A DNA stretch of 63,682 bases, filler included, from Candidatus Fermentibacterota bacterium (GCA_016928395.1; 8 parts of 8 records of this genome joined end to end with filler, not necessarily neighbours in it), one strand, 5' to 3'; positions 1 to 9,400 are shown, counted from the whole stretch's first letter. Numbers and translations: made by a program. Notes: generated from the letters alone by a model not told the origin.

Positions 1-329
1 CCGGGCGTCTTGAGGGTCACCAGGCGGTTCTTGAGCACCTTGTCCTCGACCCGGCCAAGCCCTGTCTCTTCATGGGCCAGCCGCGCCAGAGGCGCCGCCT
101 GGGCCAGCAAGTCTTCCCGAATAGTGTCGATGAGATGGTGCCGGAGTGCCAGTGACTCCTTGCCCAAACGCTTGAATGCGATCTGGGCGGCTTCGACGGC
201 GTCATCCACGGTGGCGAACAACCCGTCGGCCAGTTCCAGTTCCGCCTCGTCCACCGCCGCGGGCTCTCCTCTGATCCGGGATGCCACCTGCCGAGCAATG
301 CGTTCGATATCTGTGTCGGTCAGTGCCAT
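1..329 (-). CDS. Acylating aldehyde dehydrogenase (EutE/PduP-like), N-terminal part only (runs off window start)
   Basis: Hand translation from ATG 329: MALTDTDIERIARQVASRI...GLFATVDDAVEAAQIAF...LARLAHEETGLGRVEDKVLKNRLVTLKTP; ETGxGRVEDK motif; N-terminal amphipathic helix; next to shell genes. Confidence 0.9.
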   Translation of the reverse strand, partial: MALTDTDIERIARQVASRIRGEPAAVDEAELELADGLFATVDDAVEAAQIAFKRLGKESLALRHHLIDTIREDLLAQAAPLARLAHEETGLGRVEDKVLKNRLVTLKTP

Positions 330-362
330 GAGGGGTTCCCTTTGCGGCCGGCGCGTGGGCCG

Positions 363-662
363 CTAATCGTCGCGGCCCTTCTTGTAGATCTCCTGGCCGC
401 CGATCTCCCAACTGTCCACAATGGCCATGACCACGGCGTCGCAGGGGCGCTTGTCCGTCACCTTGGTCTGTCGCGCGGAGCTTCCGGTGGCGTAAAGTAC
501 CATCTCTCCCGGGCCCGCGCCCACCGCGTCCATGGCGACGATAGTTGCGCCGGTGGGCGATCCCTTGGCGTCCACATTGCCCAGAAGCAGCAGCTTATGG
601 CCGACCACGCTCTCATCTTTGCGCGTAGACACCACGGTGCCCAGCACCTTGGCCAGTATCAT
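363..662 (-). CDS. BMC vertex protein (BMC-P, EutN/CcmL family)
   Basis: MILAKVLGTVVSTRKD...VAMDAVGAGPGEMVL..GSSAR...DAVVMAIVD; start moved to ATG 662. Confidence 0.92.
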   Translation of the reverse strand: MILAKVLGTVVSTRKDESVVGHKLLLLGNVDAKGSPTGATIVAMDAVGAGPGEMVLYATGSSARQTKVTDKRPCDAVVMAIVDSWEIGGQEIYKKGRDD

Positions 663-666
663 GGGT

Positions 667-960
667 TTAGCGCTCGCCGGCCTCGGCCCTGCCCAGCGGG
701 ACCACGGAATCCACGTTGGCATGGGGCCGCGCGATGATGTGCACGGCGACGACCTCGCCGACCCTGGCTCCCGCGGTCTGTCCGGCCTCGCAGGCCGCCT
801 TGACCGCGGCCACATCGCCACGAATCACCGCGGTGACATAGCCGCCACCGGTCTTCTCGTAGCTGACCAGCTCGACCTTGGCTGCCTTCACCATGGCATC
901 GGCCGCCTCGACCATTGCGGGGAAGCTGCGCGTCTCGATCATGCCCAATGCGTCTGCCAT
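667..960 (-). CDS. BMC hexamer shell protein (BMC-H)
   Basis: ALGMIET...EAADAMVKAAKV...GDVAAVKAA...HIIARPH; GGAGG SD. Confidence 0.95.
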   Translation of the reverse strand: MADALGMIETRSFPAMVEAADAMVKAAKVELVSYEKTGGGYVTAVIRGDVAAVKAACEAGQTAGARVGEVVAVHIIARPHANVDSVVPLGRAEAGER

Positions 961-991
961 TGTCTCCTCCTGTGAAAACTACCGTGGGCTG

Positions 992-1624
992 CTACGAGCG
1001 CTGCTTCTCTGTCGCGCGCCCGCTCAAGCCCTCGACCGATCGCACGGCTACCGGCCATGCGACCTCTATGTCCTTCTCCTCTCCCCCGAGGTAGAGGCGC
1101 CCAAAACTCCCGAAGGCGCGCACCTCGAGGATATTGATGTTCGCGGCCTTCTCGGCCTCGTTGGCCGCCAAAGCCGCATAGGCCGCGGGCTCGCACTCCA
1201 TGACGTAGAGCGTCTGGCCCGCGAGAATCATGTTGCCATGGCGCATGCGGTTGATGAGCTGGGTCTGGTGATCGTCGAGACATCGGATCACCTGGCTGGA
1301 GAGCACCCGAGGCTTGATGCGGTCTTCTTCCTCTACGCCTAAGGCTTGAAGGATGGCCGCACCGGCCTGCCGCACATCTGCCTGGCTGGGAGAATGGAGC
1401 TCTAGCATGCCGTAGAGCCGCTCGACGATCTGCATCCCGGGCGTCACACTCGTGGATTTCAGCGCCACATCGGTCACCCGGTTGATCTCGATGCCGGGCG
1501 AGACCTCGACGAAAAGCGAAGCCTGGCCCTGGGCCGGCAGGAAGCCCTGGGCCACGGTTGCCAGAAACGAGGCAAACTGAGGCTGCAGGGAGTCCAGAAA
1601 CACATACGCACGAAGTTCGACCAC
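992..1624 (-). CDS. Tandem-domain BMC shell protein (BMC-T, CcmP/CsoS1D-like)
   Basis: [14 protein letters not shown]...VERLYGMLE...AANEAEKAA...[10 protein letters not shown]; 210 aa. Confidence 0.9.
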   Translation of the reverse strand: MVELRAYVFLDSLQPQFASFLATVAQGFLPAQGQASLFVEVSPGIEINRVTDVALKSTSVTPGMQIVERLYGMLELHSPSQADVRQAGAAILQALGVEEEDRIKPRVLSSQVIRCLDDHQTQLINRMRHGNMILAGQTLYVMECEPAAYAALAANEAEKAANINILEVRAFGSFGRLYLGGEEKDIEVAWPVAVRSVEGLSGRATEKQRS

Positions 1625-1647
1625 GTTCCCTCCTTGCTCCTGGCTAC

Positions 1648-3033
1648 TCAGTCACTCACGGTGACCTCGCGGGCCTCTTCCACGATGGCGATTCCCGCGC
1701 TGGCCCCGATGCGCGTGGCGCCTGCCTCGATCATGCGTTTGGCGTCCGCGTAGGAGCGGATACCGCCTGAAGCCTTGACCTCCATGCCCGTCCCGGCAAC
1801 CTCTTCGGCCATGATGGCCACGTCATGGGCAGTGGCGCCTCCGGAAGCGAACCCCGTGGAGGTTTTCACGAAGTGCGCGCGGGCACGCTTGGCCAGCCTG
1901 CACGCGCGCCGCGTCTCCTCATCGGTCAACAGAGCGGTCTCCAGGATCACCTTGCACCGCGCGCCGCCGTCACGACACGCTTCAACCACTGCCCGGATGT
2001 CGCGAAGCACCAGGTCGTCATCGCCGCCCTTGAGCGCGCCGACATTGATGACCATGTCGATCTCCCGGGCACCCTCGCGAATGGCCCGGCGCGCCTCCTG
2101 GGCCTTGGTTTCAGGATAGGTCGCCCCCAGGGGAAATCCGACCACGGAACACGTCAGCACGCCCGAGCCCTTGAGCTCGTCTGCAACCAGCTTGGCCCAC
2201 ACGGGATTTACGCACACTGCTGCGAACCCGAACTCCCGGGCCTCGGCGCACAGCGTCTTCACCTCCTCGGCGGTGGCATTGGGTCGAAGGAGCGTATGAT
2301 CGATGAACCGCGCGACGTCTTTGGGGATAGTCCCGGGCGAGAGGCCACTGCTGAGGCGGCCCGCGCCGAGATCGAGGAAACGCCGCGCCGTGTCTGGGCT
2401 CGACGATACGGAAGGCCCCCTAGGATGGCTCCCCAACACGCCCCCGGCCTCGGCCAGGGTTGTTCCCAGCAGCTGTTCGACCCGGCGCAAGACGCGCTCG
2501 ACGTCGTCCTCAGGCGGGGTGGAAGATGTCGATGTGGGCTCTGAAGGCGTGGCAGTCGAGGGGGATCCGTAGCCATAGTCATCAGACTTCTTCGGGGAAA
2601 CCGCATCCTCCTCGATCATGGCGACCCGGCGCTTGTGGCGATCCTCCGTGCACTCGGCACCAAGCCAGGCCTCGACAATCTGGCGCGCCAATACCGGCCC
2701 GATGAGCCCTGCGCCTAAGGTCAAGACATTGGCGTCGTTGTGTTCGCGGCTATTGACCGCGGATGAAATGTCGTATGCCAAGGCCGCGCGAACCCCCTTG
2801 ACCTTGTTGGCGGCCATGGCCGAGCCGATGCCGGCCCCGTCGATCATGACGCCGCGTTCGCACTCGCCCGTGGCGACTCGCCGCGCCACCTCCTTGGCAT
2901 ACACGGGATAGTCAACGGCATCGGAGGAATTGGTGCCGACATCCGCTATCTCATGCCCCGAGACCCTCAGGTGGTCAACGAGCTGTTGCTTAAGGGCAAA
3001 TCCCCCGTGATCTGCGCCCAGCGCGATCTTCAT
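1648..3033 (-). CDS. Fused RpiB sugar-phosphate isomerase / deoxyribose-phosphate aldolase (DeoC)
   Basis: N-terminal [36 protein letters not shown]-terminal [50 protein letters not shown] in one 461-aa frame. Confidence 0.93.
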   Translation of the reverse strand: MKIALGADHGGFALKQQLVDHLRVSGHEIADVGTNSSDAVDYPVYAKEVARRVATGECERGVMIDGAGIGSAMAANKVKGVRAALAYDISSAVNSREHNDANVLTLGAGLIGPVLARQIVEAWLGAECTEDRHKRRVAMIEEDAVSPKKSDDYGYGSPSTATPSEPTSTSSTPPEDDVERVLRRVEQLLGTTLAEAGGVLGSHPRGPSVSSSPDTARRFLDLGAGRLSSGLSPGTIPKDVARFIDHTLLRPNATAEEVKTLCAEAREFGFAAVCVNPVWAKLVADELKGSGVLTCSVVGFPLGATYPETKAQEARRAIREGAREIDMVINVGALKGGDDDLVLRDIRAVVEACRDGGARCKVILETALLTDEETRRACRLAKRARAHFVKTSTGFASGGATAHDVAIMAEEVAGTGMEVKASGGIRSYADAKRMIEAGATRIGASAGIAIVEEAREVTVSD

Positions 3034-3088
3034 CCCTGCCTCCCGATCATGCGTGGTTCACTGACCTCGCGGGGTGTACCCTGCGTCA

Positions 3089-3427
3089 TCATGTTGACCA
3101 TACCTGCGAATCATCGCCGCGACGGGGACGCTTAGGTTCGGGAACAGAGCCGCGGCCGGCCAGCAACGCGTCGATCTCGCGGGAGAGCAGGCGGAGGGCT
3201 TCCAGGCCCGTGTCGGTGATGCGGAACTCCGTCACCTGCCTCCCGTTCCTCCGTCTCTTCCGAAGGGCCACATAACCCGCGGCCGCCAGTTTGGCGGCAT
3301 GCACATGGAGGTTGCCGTCACCCAGACCAGATGCGGCCCTCAGGTCGGAAAACACCAACCCTTCATGGGGCACCAAGGCCGCGAGAATGCGGAGACGGGA
3401 CGGTGTCAGAAGGCGATCAAACTCCAT
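3089..3427 (-). CDS. Winged-helix transcriptional regulator (ArsR/HTH_34-like)
   Basis: RLRILAAL...FSDLR...GLGDGNLHVHAAKLAAAGYV...FRITDTG; first gene of the BMC operon. Confidence 0.8.
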   Translation of the reverse strand: MEFDRLLTPSRLRILAALVPHEGLVFSDLRAASGLGDGNLHVHAAKLAAAGYVALRKRRRNGRQVTEFRITDTGLEALRLLSREIDALLAGRGSVPEPKRPRRGDDSQVWST

Positions 3428-3462
3428 AGCGCGACTCCAGGGTTGTTAGACACAATGGCGGC

Positions 3463-3521
3463 ATGATCTGGAGAAAACTTCATTCTGTCAAGTAAATCGT
3501 GCACTCATTTCTGATTTACTT
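3463..3521 (-). promoter_or_regulatory. Putative sigma70 promoter and operator for the BMC operon
   Basis: Minus-strand TTGACA-17-GATCAT; perfect inverted repeat AAGTAAATC-N14-GATTTACTT (3490-3521) touching the -35. Confidence 0.5.
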
Positions 3522-3602
3522 TTTTTCTTAAAGTTAATCCGCGCCTCTCAGCGGTTGCGCCCGCACCTTGGGATGCGGGGCTCCCCCGTCGCCCGTACAC
3601 CG

Positions 3603-4192
3603 CATTCCCAATTGTAGGAGCGGCCTGCCTGCGGTAGGCAGGCGTCAGCCGCGAACAAACCCCGCACCCTTCGCGCGTTACAGCGCTCCTACATCGTCCG
3701 TGCACCACATTCCCCATTGTAGGAGCGGCTTCAGCCGCGAATGCACCGGCTTCAGCCGCGAACAAACCCCGCCCCCTTCGCGCTTTACAGCGCTCCAACA
3801 CCGTCCCTGCACCACATTCCCAACTGTAGGAGCGGCTTCAGCCGCGAACACACCGGCGTCAACCGCGAACAAACCCCGCCCCCTTCGCGCTTTACGGCGC
3901 TCCAACACCGTCCGTGCAGCTCATTCCCAATTGTAGGAGCGGCTTCAGCCGCGAACCAAACCGGTGTCAACCGCGAACCAAACCCCGCACCCTTCGCGCT
4001 TTGCAGCGCTCCTACACCGTCCGTGCACCACATTCCCAATTGTAGGAGCGGCTTCAGCCGCGAACACACCGGCGTCAGCCGCGAACAAACCCCGCACCCT
4101 TCGCGCGTTACAGCGCTCCAACACCGTCCGTGCAGCTCATTCCCAATTGTAGGAGCGGCGTCAGCCGCGAACAGGCAGGCGTAAGCCGCGAA
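3603..4192. repeat. Tandem array of about 107-bp units built from GTAG-type REP elements (BIME-like), 5.5 copies
   Basis: Unit starts at 3603, 3708, 3815, 3922, 4031, 4138. Each unit has TGTAGGAGCGGCTTCAGCCGCGAA-like REP and a degenerate inverted REP (TTCGCG...GCGCTCC(T/A)ACA). Confidence 0.9.
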
Positions 4193-4254
4193 TGCAGCCT
4201 ATGGACTGCGGCGTGGCGTGCGCACTCCAAAGCATCCGGCCCAGTCAGTCGAGA

Positions 4255-4722
4255 CTAAGGGCTCGCCCTGGAATCAAGACTCCTCGCCCTCCGGCGCCGC
4301 GTCCTCGGAGGAAAGGTCTCGTCATACGAGAACCGATGGCAGGCCCGCCAGATCAGCCAATACGCCCATCGAGACGGCCTGTTCCAGATCTGATCCAGCA
4401 TAAGGTGGTGGGTGAACCCGATGGCCCCACCCACGATCCACGGGTTCCAGCTCGTCACGATTCCCAAGGTCGCCCAGACGGCCAGCAGCTCCCATCCGTG
4501 CAAGATGAGGTATGCCTTGGTGTACACGCGGTTGTAGGACGCATGAAAGAGATCCTCGATTCGTCGCAGCCGGCCTCGTTGGACGAAATACTCTAGAACA
4601 TGATCAAGGTCCATGAGCACGCCCGTGATCCAGGCCCCGGCCGCCAATGGCACGGAGCGAACCACCGCCCAGAGGGTAAGGGACACTGAGGTTGAGACAA
4701 TGACATGATAGCGGGCGCGCAT
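4255..4722 (-). CDS. Membrane-bound metal-dependent hydrolase-like protein
   Basis: Hydrophobic segments with H, DLDH, LHGWE and HHLMLD motifs. Confidence 0.65.
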   Translation of the reverse strand: MRARYHVIVSTSVSLTLWAVVRSVPLAAGAWITGVLMDLDHVLEYFVQRGRLRRIEDLFHASYNRVYTKAYLILHGWELLAVWATLGIVTSWNPWIVGGAIGFTHHLMLDQIWNRPSRWAYWLIWRACHRFSYDETFPPRTRRRRARSLDSRASP

Positions 4723-5047
4723 GCACACGATCCTCACGGGGCGAGGAGCTAAGGACAGAGGCCGAACCCGTGCAGATTTGGCTTCGACGGCCCGCCGGTC
4801 AACTGTGAATCGTCAACGGAAGGTTGCAGGCAAGGCAGGGAAGAGCGTGCGGGTCATGGCCTGGAGGGTGCAATTCGGAGTGACCAGTCCTGAGGAACGG
4901 ATGCTACTTGAACTGAGGATTTGGCGCGAAGCGCGCAGCGGGCTTGTCGGGACAAATGCTCTTCACTGTCAGCCACCGCAACCGTTGCGGCGCTGTCCTT
5001 GACCCGGAGTGTCGTCGAGGAGCGAAAGGCATTCGCTGCGAAGGCCC

Positions 5048-5401
5048 TCAGCTTACACGAATCTCGTCGGTGAGTAGGGCCGGCGCCCGGAGAAGAGCCG
5101 GCCACACACGATCGCGTGGCTCGTCATGGGATAAACCAGAGCCAGAGTGCGGGAGATTCCCTTCGATGGGGACAAGGCGCACACTCTCCTCGACCGGCAT
5201 TCGATGTGACACGGCATTGATGGGGCTCTCGTTGTCGGCGTGTACAGGCGCATCGTCGCCGGTTATTGCCGTGGCGTCCGTGTCGTGCGATCGGCGGGCC
5301 CCGTTGACCGGCGAGATTTGCGCGGCGACGAGTCCGACCCCCATAACGAGGAGCAGGCCTGTCGTGGATCCTAGGAGCCGATACCCATGGTCTCGTCGCA
5401 T
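5048..5401 (-). CDS. Hypothetical protein with signal-peptide-like N-terminus
   Basis: Starts 3 nt after the S41 stop; hydrophobic LLLVMGVGLVAAQ; no family recognised. Confidence 0.35.
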   Translation of the reverse strand: MRRDHGYRLLGSTTGLLLVMGVGLVAAQISPVNGARRSHDTDATAITGDDAPVHADNESPINAVSHRMPVEESVRLVPIEGNLPHSGSGLSHDEPRDRVWPALLRAPALLTDEIRVS

Positions 5402-5404
5402 CGG

Positions 5405-6727
5405 TCAGTCCGTTCTGATGGCTCGGACGGTATCTCCGGGCGCTCGGATGAGTTCAAAACCAAGAACTACCCCGGCGTCATCGGGTAGGAAGGTCACCTG
5501 GCCGCCCACACGTTCCAGGATGAAACTCGTGGGGGAGATCGGAAGCATCTTGAGCTTCAGGCTATGCTCACGCTGGAAGTAGAGAGAACCGTCTTCGAGG
5601 AAGACACGACGGATCCCATAGGTCCCCTGGTACCCTGCCAGTGTCTCCACGGGCACCTCAACCGACGCTAACTCGGCTTTCTTCGTTGCCAGTAAAGCCG
5701 CCAGCTCTCCCCGTTCATCATCGTCATCAGCCGCGTCGATTAGTGTCTTTAGAGCGTGCAAATAGGCGACATCCAAGGCGCTGTCGGCAGGCACCGCGAT
5801 GTGGGGGATCACGCCTGTCCCTTCCCAGTTTGACTTCGAGATAGGGTTGATAGCCTCGTCCGTCGGCATGAACATGGCGAAGTAGTCGTTAATGATCATG
5901 CCCTGCCCGGCATGTGCACCCCCGCCGGTTGCCTCGCCGACGAGGGTGGCACGCTTCAGCTCCTTGAGATTGTTGGCAAACTCCTCGGCCCCGGAGAATG
6001 TTCGGTTGCTGGTGAGTACATAGACGGGAGTGTCGGGCATTCGCGGCCCCGGAACATAGGACAGGGTCCAAAACTGGTGAGTGAAATTCTCCGGTCTGGA
6101 TCGCAGATCGTTCAGATGCTGCTCCTCGGCAAACAGGTATGTCGAAATCAGCTGGATCATCTCAGGATTGCCCCCGCCGTTCTGGCGGATGTCGAAGATG
6201 ATGGCACGGCTGTGGGCGAGGAATTGCATCGCCGCGACAGCGGTTTGGCCTGCCCCGGGGATGAGCGTGCTCTGGAAACTCCGGAAGTCGAGGTAGCCGA
6301 TGTTTCCGGGGAGCCGTTCCACCTTGTGGAAGCCGAAGTTGTCATTCTGAACAGCGCGGATGCGCTCTGGATCAGGGGCGTGTTCCACCGTATCACGGCG
6401 AGCCATGGCGATGAACTGCGGCGCGTAGCGAACCCTGAGATGTCGATCGTTGTTGATCGACTGCAGGTCATTGGTGAGCGCTGCGGCCAGTTCCTCCGGA
6501 TCGGAGACGCCATCGTACGCGCCTTTCTTGAGCTGACGGCGCATGTGGGAGGCGATCTTGGAGCCCTGATCCTCGAAGACGTAACTTTGGCTGAGGAAGA
6601 GGCAGATACTGTCGACCATCGCCGACTTCACGGCCTTGTCGATGACCGGCGATTCCTCGGCACTCGAAGCTCGATGGTTCACTGTCAATAGCATGACAAC
6701 GCCAATAACAATTGTGGAGACTCGCAT
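5405..6727 (-). CDS. Secreted S41-family peptidase
   Basis: Signal peptide; NIGYLDF, DIRQNGGG, TFSGAEEF (catalytic Ser), VGEATGGGAH, WEGTGVIP. Confidence 0.9.
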   Translation of the reverse strand: MRVSTIVIGVVMLLTVNHRASSAEESPVIDKAVKSAMVDSICLFLSQSYVFEDQGSKIASHMRRQLKKGAYDGVSDPEELAAALTNDLQSINNDRHLRVRYAPQFIAMARRDTVEHAPDPERIRAVQNDNFGFHKVERLPGNIGYLDFRSFQSTLIPGAGQTAVAAMQFLAHSRAIIFDIRQNGGGNPEMIQLISTYLFAEEQHLNDLRSRPENFTHQFWTLSYVPGPRMPDTPVYVLTSNRTFSGAEEFANNLKELKRATLVGEATGGGAHAGQGMIINDYFAMFMPTDEAINPISKSNWEGTGVIPHIAVPADSALDVAYLHALKTLIDAADDDDERGELAALLATKKAELASVEVPVETLAGYQGTYGIRRVFLEDGSLYFQREHSLKLKMLPISPTSFILERVGGQVTFLPDDAGVVLGFELIRAPGDTVRAIRTD

Positions 6728-6730
6728 TGC

Positions 6731-7702
6731 TCATTCCTCCTCTGGTGAATCGTTGAGTCGTAGAGCGAACACAACAGTCCTTCGTGTGTAGTCCCCTGAG
6801 GTATCGGAACCCCGGAATTCAAAACCCAGCGAGCGATAGAGCCGATTTGCCGCTTCCAGAGCCGGGCTTGTTCTTGCAGTCAGCTCATGTGCTCCGAGCT
6901 TCCGGGCCTCCTCGATGGCCGCCAGGGTGAGCCTTCTGCCTACCTGCTGCCCGCGGTAGCGCGTGTCGACTGCCATCTTGATCAATTCGCACCGGGCGGA
7001 GTCCCACGGCACGATCGCGCAAGTGCCAACAACCTCTCCCTCAAGTCGGGCGAAGAGCACGAGCCCGCCTCTACCGATGATCTCCTGCTCAGGATCGTCG
7101 AGTACTGCCAGATCAGTCGCTTCTGGAGTGAAGTGTTCATGGATCCACTCCAGATTGAGGCTCTTGAAATAGCCCTTGAGCTCCGGGTGATAGCCGATGA
7201 TCTCGACTGCCCGCAATTGTCGATCCTTGAGCAGGTGGCGAACTCGCTCATACATGGACTGACGATCGAGGGCGTCCTCGATCCGCTCGATGTGAGCCAG
7301 CAAATCAGACCCGGTTTCGTGAAGCAGCTCGATGGCCGCCTGCCGTGTTTCCTCCCATATCGGTTGCAGCTTGGCCACCAATCCCTTCCCCGAAGGCGTC
7401 AGATCAAGGAGACGGCGGCGTCTGTCACGGCGGTCTGCCGAGGCACGGAGCAACCCCCTCTTGACCAATTCGGATGCACTTTGATTCACGGCGGGATGAG
7501 TGACACCAATCCGATCGGCCACCTCGGTCACCGCCAAAGGACCTGATCGGTGAAGCTCATAGAACAAGAGGAACCAGCGGGGTTCGAAGTCGACACCGTG
7601 GTCGTGATACACTCGGGTAGCATCCAGCATGAGACGATCGCTGAGTCGTTTCAGCCGGCTGGCCAGGGCCAGCTCACCTAAGGCATTGATCAATTCACTC
7701 AT
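6731..7702 (-). CDS. MarR HTH - GNAT acetyltransferase fusion regulator
   Basis: LASRLKRLSD...GVTHPAV...DRRRRLLDLT then LNLEWI...ELIKMAV...RGQQVGRRL; ATG 7702 with GAAGGA SD. Confidence 0.9.
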   Translation of the reverse strand: MSELINALGELALASRLKRLSDRLMLDATRVYHDHGVDFEPRWFLLFYELHRSGPLAVTEVADRIGVTHPAVNQSASELVKRGLLRASADRRDRRRRLLDLTPSGKGLVAKLQPIWEETRQAAIELLHETGSDLLAHIERIEDALDRQSMYERVRHLLKDRQLRAVEIIGYHPELKGYFKSLNLEWIHEHFTPEATDLAVLDDPEQEIIGRGGLVLFARLEGEVVGTCAIVPWDSARCELIKMAVDTRYRGQQVGRRLTLAAIEEARKLGAHELTARTSPALEAANRLYRSLGFEFRGSDTSGDYTRRTVVFALRLNDSPEEE

Positions 7703-7727
7703 GGGTCCTTCCGTTTTTATGGCACCT

Positions 7728-7775
7728 TTTACGTAAGCACTGACATAAATATACACACATTGCAGATTCTGTCAA
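7728..7775 (-). promoter_or_regulatory. sigma70 promoter and palindromic operator of the MarR-GNAT/S41 operon
   Basis: Minus-strand TTGACA-16-TATATT, then TTTATGTCAG-TG-CTTACGTAAA (arms match 8/10). Confidence 0.65.
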
Positions 7776-7896
7776 GAGGGTCTTTGTGAAGTCCCCTCCG
7801 TTGCCTGATCGAAGACCGCAGGAGTTAGAAATCAGAAGGTGGGTGTTGGGTTCGGCAACGGCCGACTCAACACCCGTGCTCCGGCGCCGCCGCGCG

Positions 7897-9300
7897 TCAC
7901 TCCTGGAGGAGCAGTTCCACGGCGCGCGCAAGCTTGACGTCGAGATCTTCGCTGTAGCCCGAATACTCCGTCCGGATCATGCCGGCCTTGTCAATGACAC
8001 AGATGTGGGGGATCCCGTCGAACCCATGGCTCTTGCCGAGATCATCCGTTCCCTTGAGCAGTCTCATTCCGTAACCCTGGCTCTCCCAGAGAAGTTGAGC
8101 CTTGGCGAACGGCGTCTCCCACACGTCGATGGAGAACACATGCACCCCTTCGGGCTTTGACTCCCGTACCCATCGGCTAAGAGCCGGCATTGCCTTCCTG
8201 CAGGGGCCGCACCAGGTCGCGAAGAAATCCAAGACGACGACAGATCCCCGCAGGTCCTCAAGGCGTACGGTGTCGCCTCCTGCGTCGGCAAGAGCCCAGG
8301 CAGGTGCAGGCCTTGACGGTGCGTTGACCGACGAGTCATCAGAACCTGAAGGCACCGGGGCCGCTGCGTCGGCGAGCAGTCCCAGCAGCTCATCCCACCG
8401 CGGTGAGCCATGGAGACAGACCAGATCAGGATCATTCCGGGTATGATCGAGCCCGTCCCAACCCGCCTCGATGGCCGCCTCCAGGTAGTCGAATGCCTGA
8501 TCCCTCTCGCCCCCGAGGGCGCTGAAGCAGGCCATGTCGTAGAGAATTCCGGGATCATTGGACGCCCCGGGCAGCGCCCCCAGGTACCGCACCAACTCGT
8601 CGTAGGCTCGTGCGGAGTGCAGGGTACCGGTGTGGTATCTCCGTATCGTATCCTGCCGTCTGTCGGGCGCAAGATAGCCCCTGGCGATCACCGTATCCAC
8701 AGAGGCAGAGACCATCTCCAAGGCCTCTGCGTAGCGCCCATGTGCGGCCGAGAGCAGCATGCCTCTGTCGTCATCCGCCCATGATCCTTCGGCAGCACGA
8801 CCCTCGTCGTAGATTACTTGAGCGCTATCCCAGGCACCCTGGTACACGTGATAGTTGAACAGAGCTGTCTGCGCCAAGGGAAGAGTCGGTTCCAACTCCC
8901 TGAAGGCGTGGAAACACCATGAGTCGTTGGGCAACTCTGTCGTCAGTGTGTCGCGAAATGAGTTGTCCGGCCTGCCCGAGAAGAGGTGCTGTTCATAGGC
9001 TGCCACAATGAGCCGGTAGCCCCAGGGCCATTCAGGCCGTGAAGCGACGAGCTGGCGGCCGATCTTGATCTGCTCCCCTGGCGTCGGGGCAATCCGGCCC
9101 CGGAGATAGATCCACTTCCCGGAGTCCGCGTTGGTCATGTAGAGGCTCTCTGTGAAAGCTCGCATCGTGTCCTCGTCTAAGGACTTCCACTGATCTTGGG
9201 CCCCCCGGGCAGCGTCGATGTCGGCTGAATTAAGGACGTATTCCCTAAACACCTCACGTAACGCCTCCGCCGACTCGGCCGCCTCCACGTCGGCCTTCAG
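7897..9300 (-). CDS. TPR-like helical protein with C-terminal TlpA/redoxin domain, 5' end cut by contig end
   Basis: YDMACFSALGG...AFDYLEAAI...DPDL helical motif; VLDFFATWCGPC thioredoxin motif. Confidence 0.8.
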   Translation of the reverse strand: MKADVEAAESAEALREVFREYVLNSADIDAARGAQDQWKSLDEDTMRAFTESLYMTNADSGKWIYLRGRIAPTPGEQIKIGRQLVASRPEWPWGYRLIVAAYEQHLFSGRPDNSFRDTLTTELPNDSWCFHAFRELEPTLPLAQTALFNYHVYQGAWDSAQVIYDEGRAAEGSWADDDRGMLLSAAHGRYAEALEMVSASVDTVIARGYLAPDRRQDTIRRYHTGTLHSARAYDELVRYLGALPGASNDPGILYDMACFSALGGERDQAFDYLEAAIEAGWDGLDHTRNDPDLVCLHGSPRWDELLGLLADAAAPVPSGSDDSSVNAPSRPAPAWALADAGGDTVRLEDLRGSVVVLDFFATWCGPCRKAMPALSRWVRESKPEGVHVFSIDVWETPFAKAQLLWESQGYGMRLLKGTDDLGKSHGFDGIPHICVIDKAGMIRTEYSGYSEDLDVKLARAVELLLQE

Positions 9301-9400
9301 NNNNNNNNNNNNNNNNNNNNNNNNNNNNNNNNNNNNNNNNNNNNTTAATTAATTAANNNNNNNNNNNNNNNNNNNNNNNNNNNNNNNNNNNNNNNNNNNN
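9301..9400. other. Artificial contig linker (also at 23064, 28980, 42745, 46921, 57371, 60660)
   Basis: Identical 100-nt N-padded TTAATTAATTAA six-frame-stop spacer, seven times. Confidence 0.98.

Noticed and set aside
3505..4184. Repetitive ORFs across the REP array
   Set aside because: The unit length is not a multiple of 3 and similar peptides appear in several frames, so they are by-products of the repeat
3603..4192. CRISPR array
   Set aside because: The sequences between the palindromes are near-identical rather than unique spacers, the period is about 107 bp, and no cas genes are present
9301..9400. TTAATTAATTAA as a biological motif, and gene linkage across the gaps
   Set aside because: Artificial linker; adjacency between contigs carries no information
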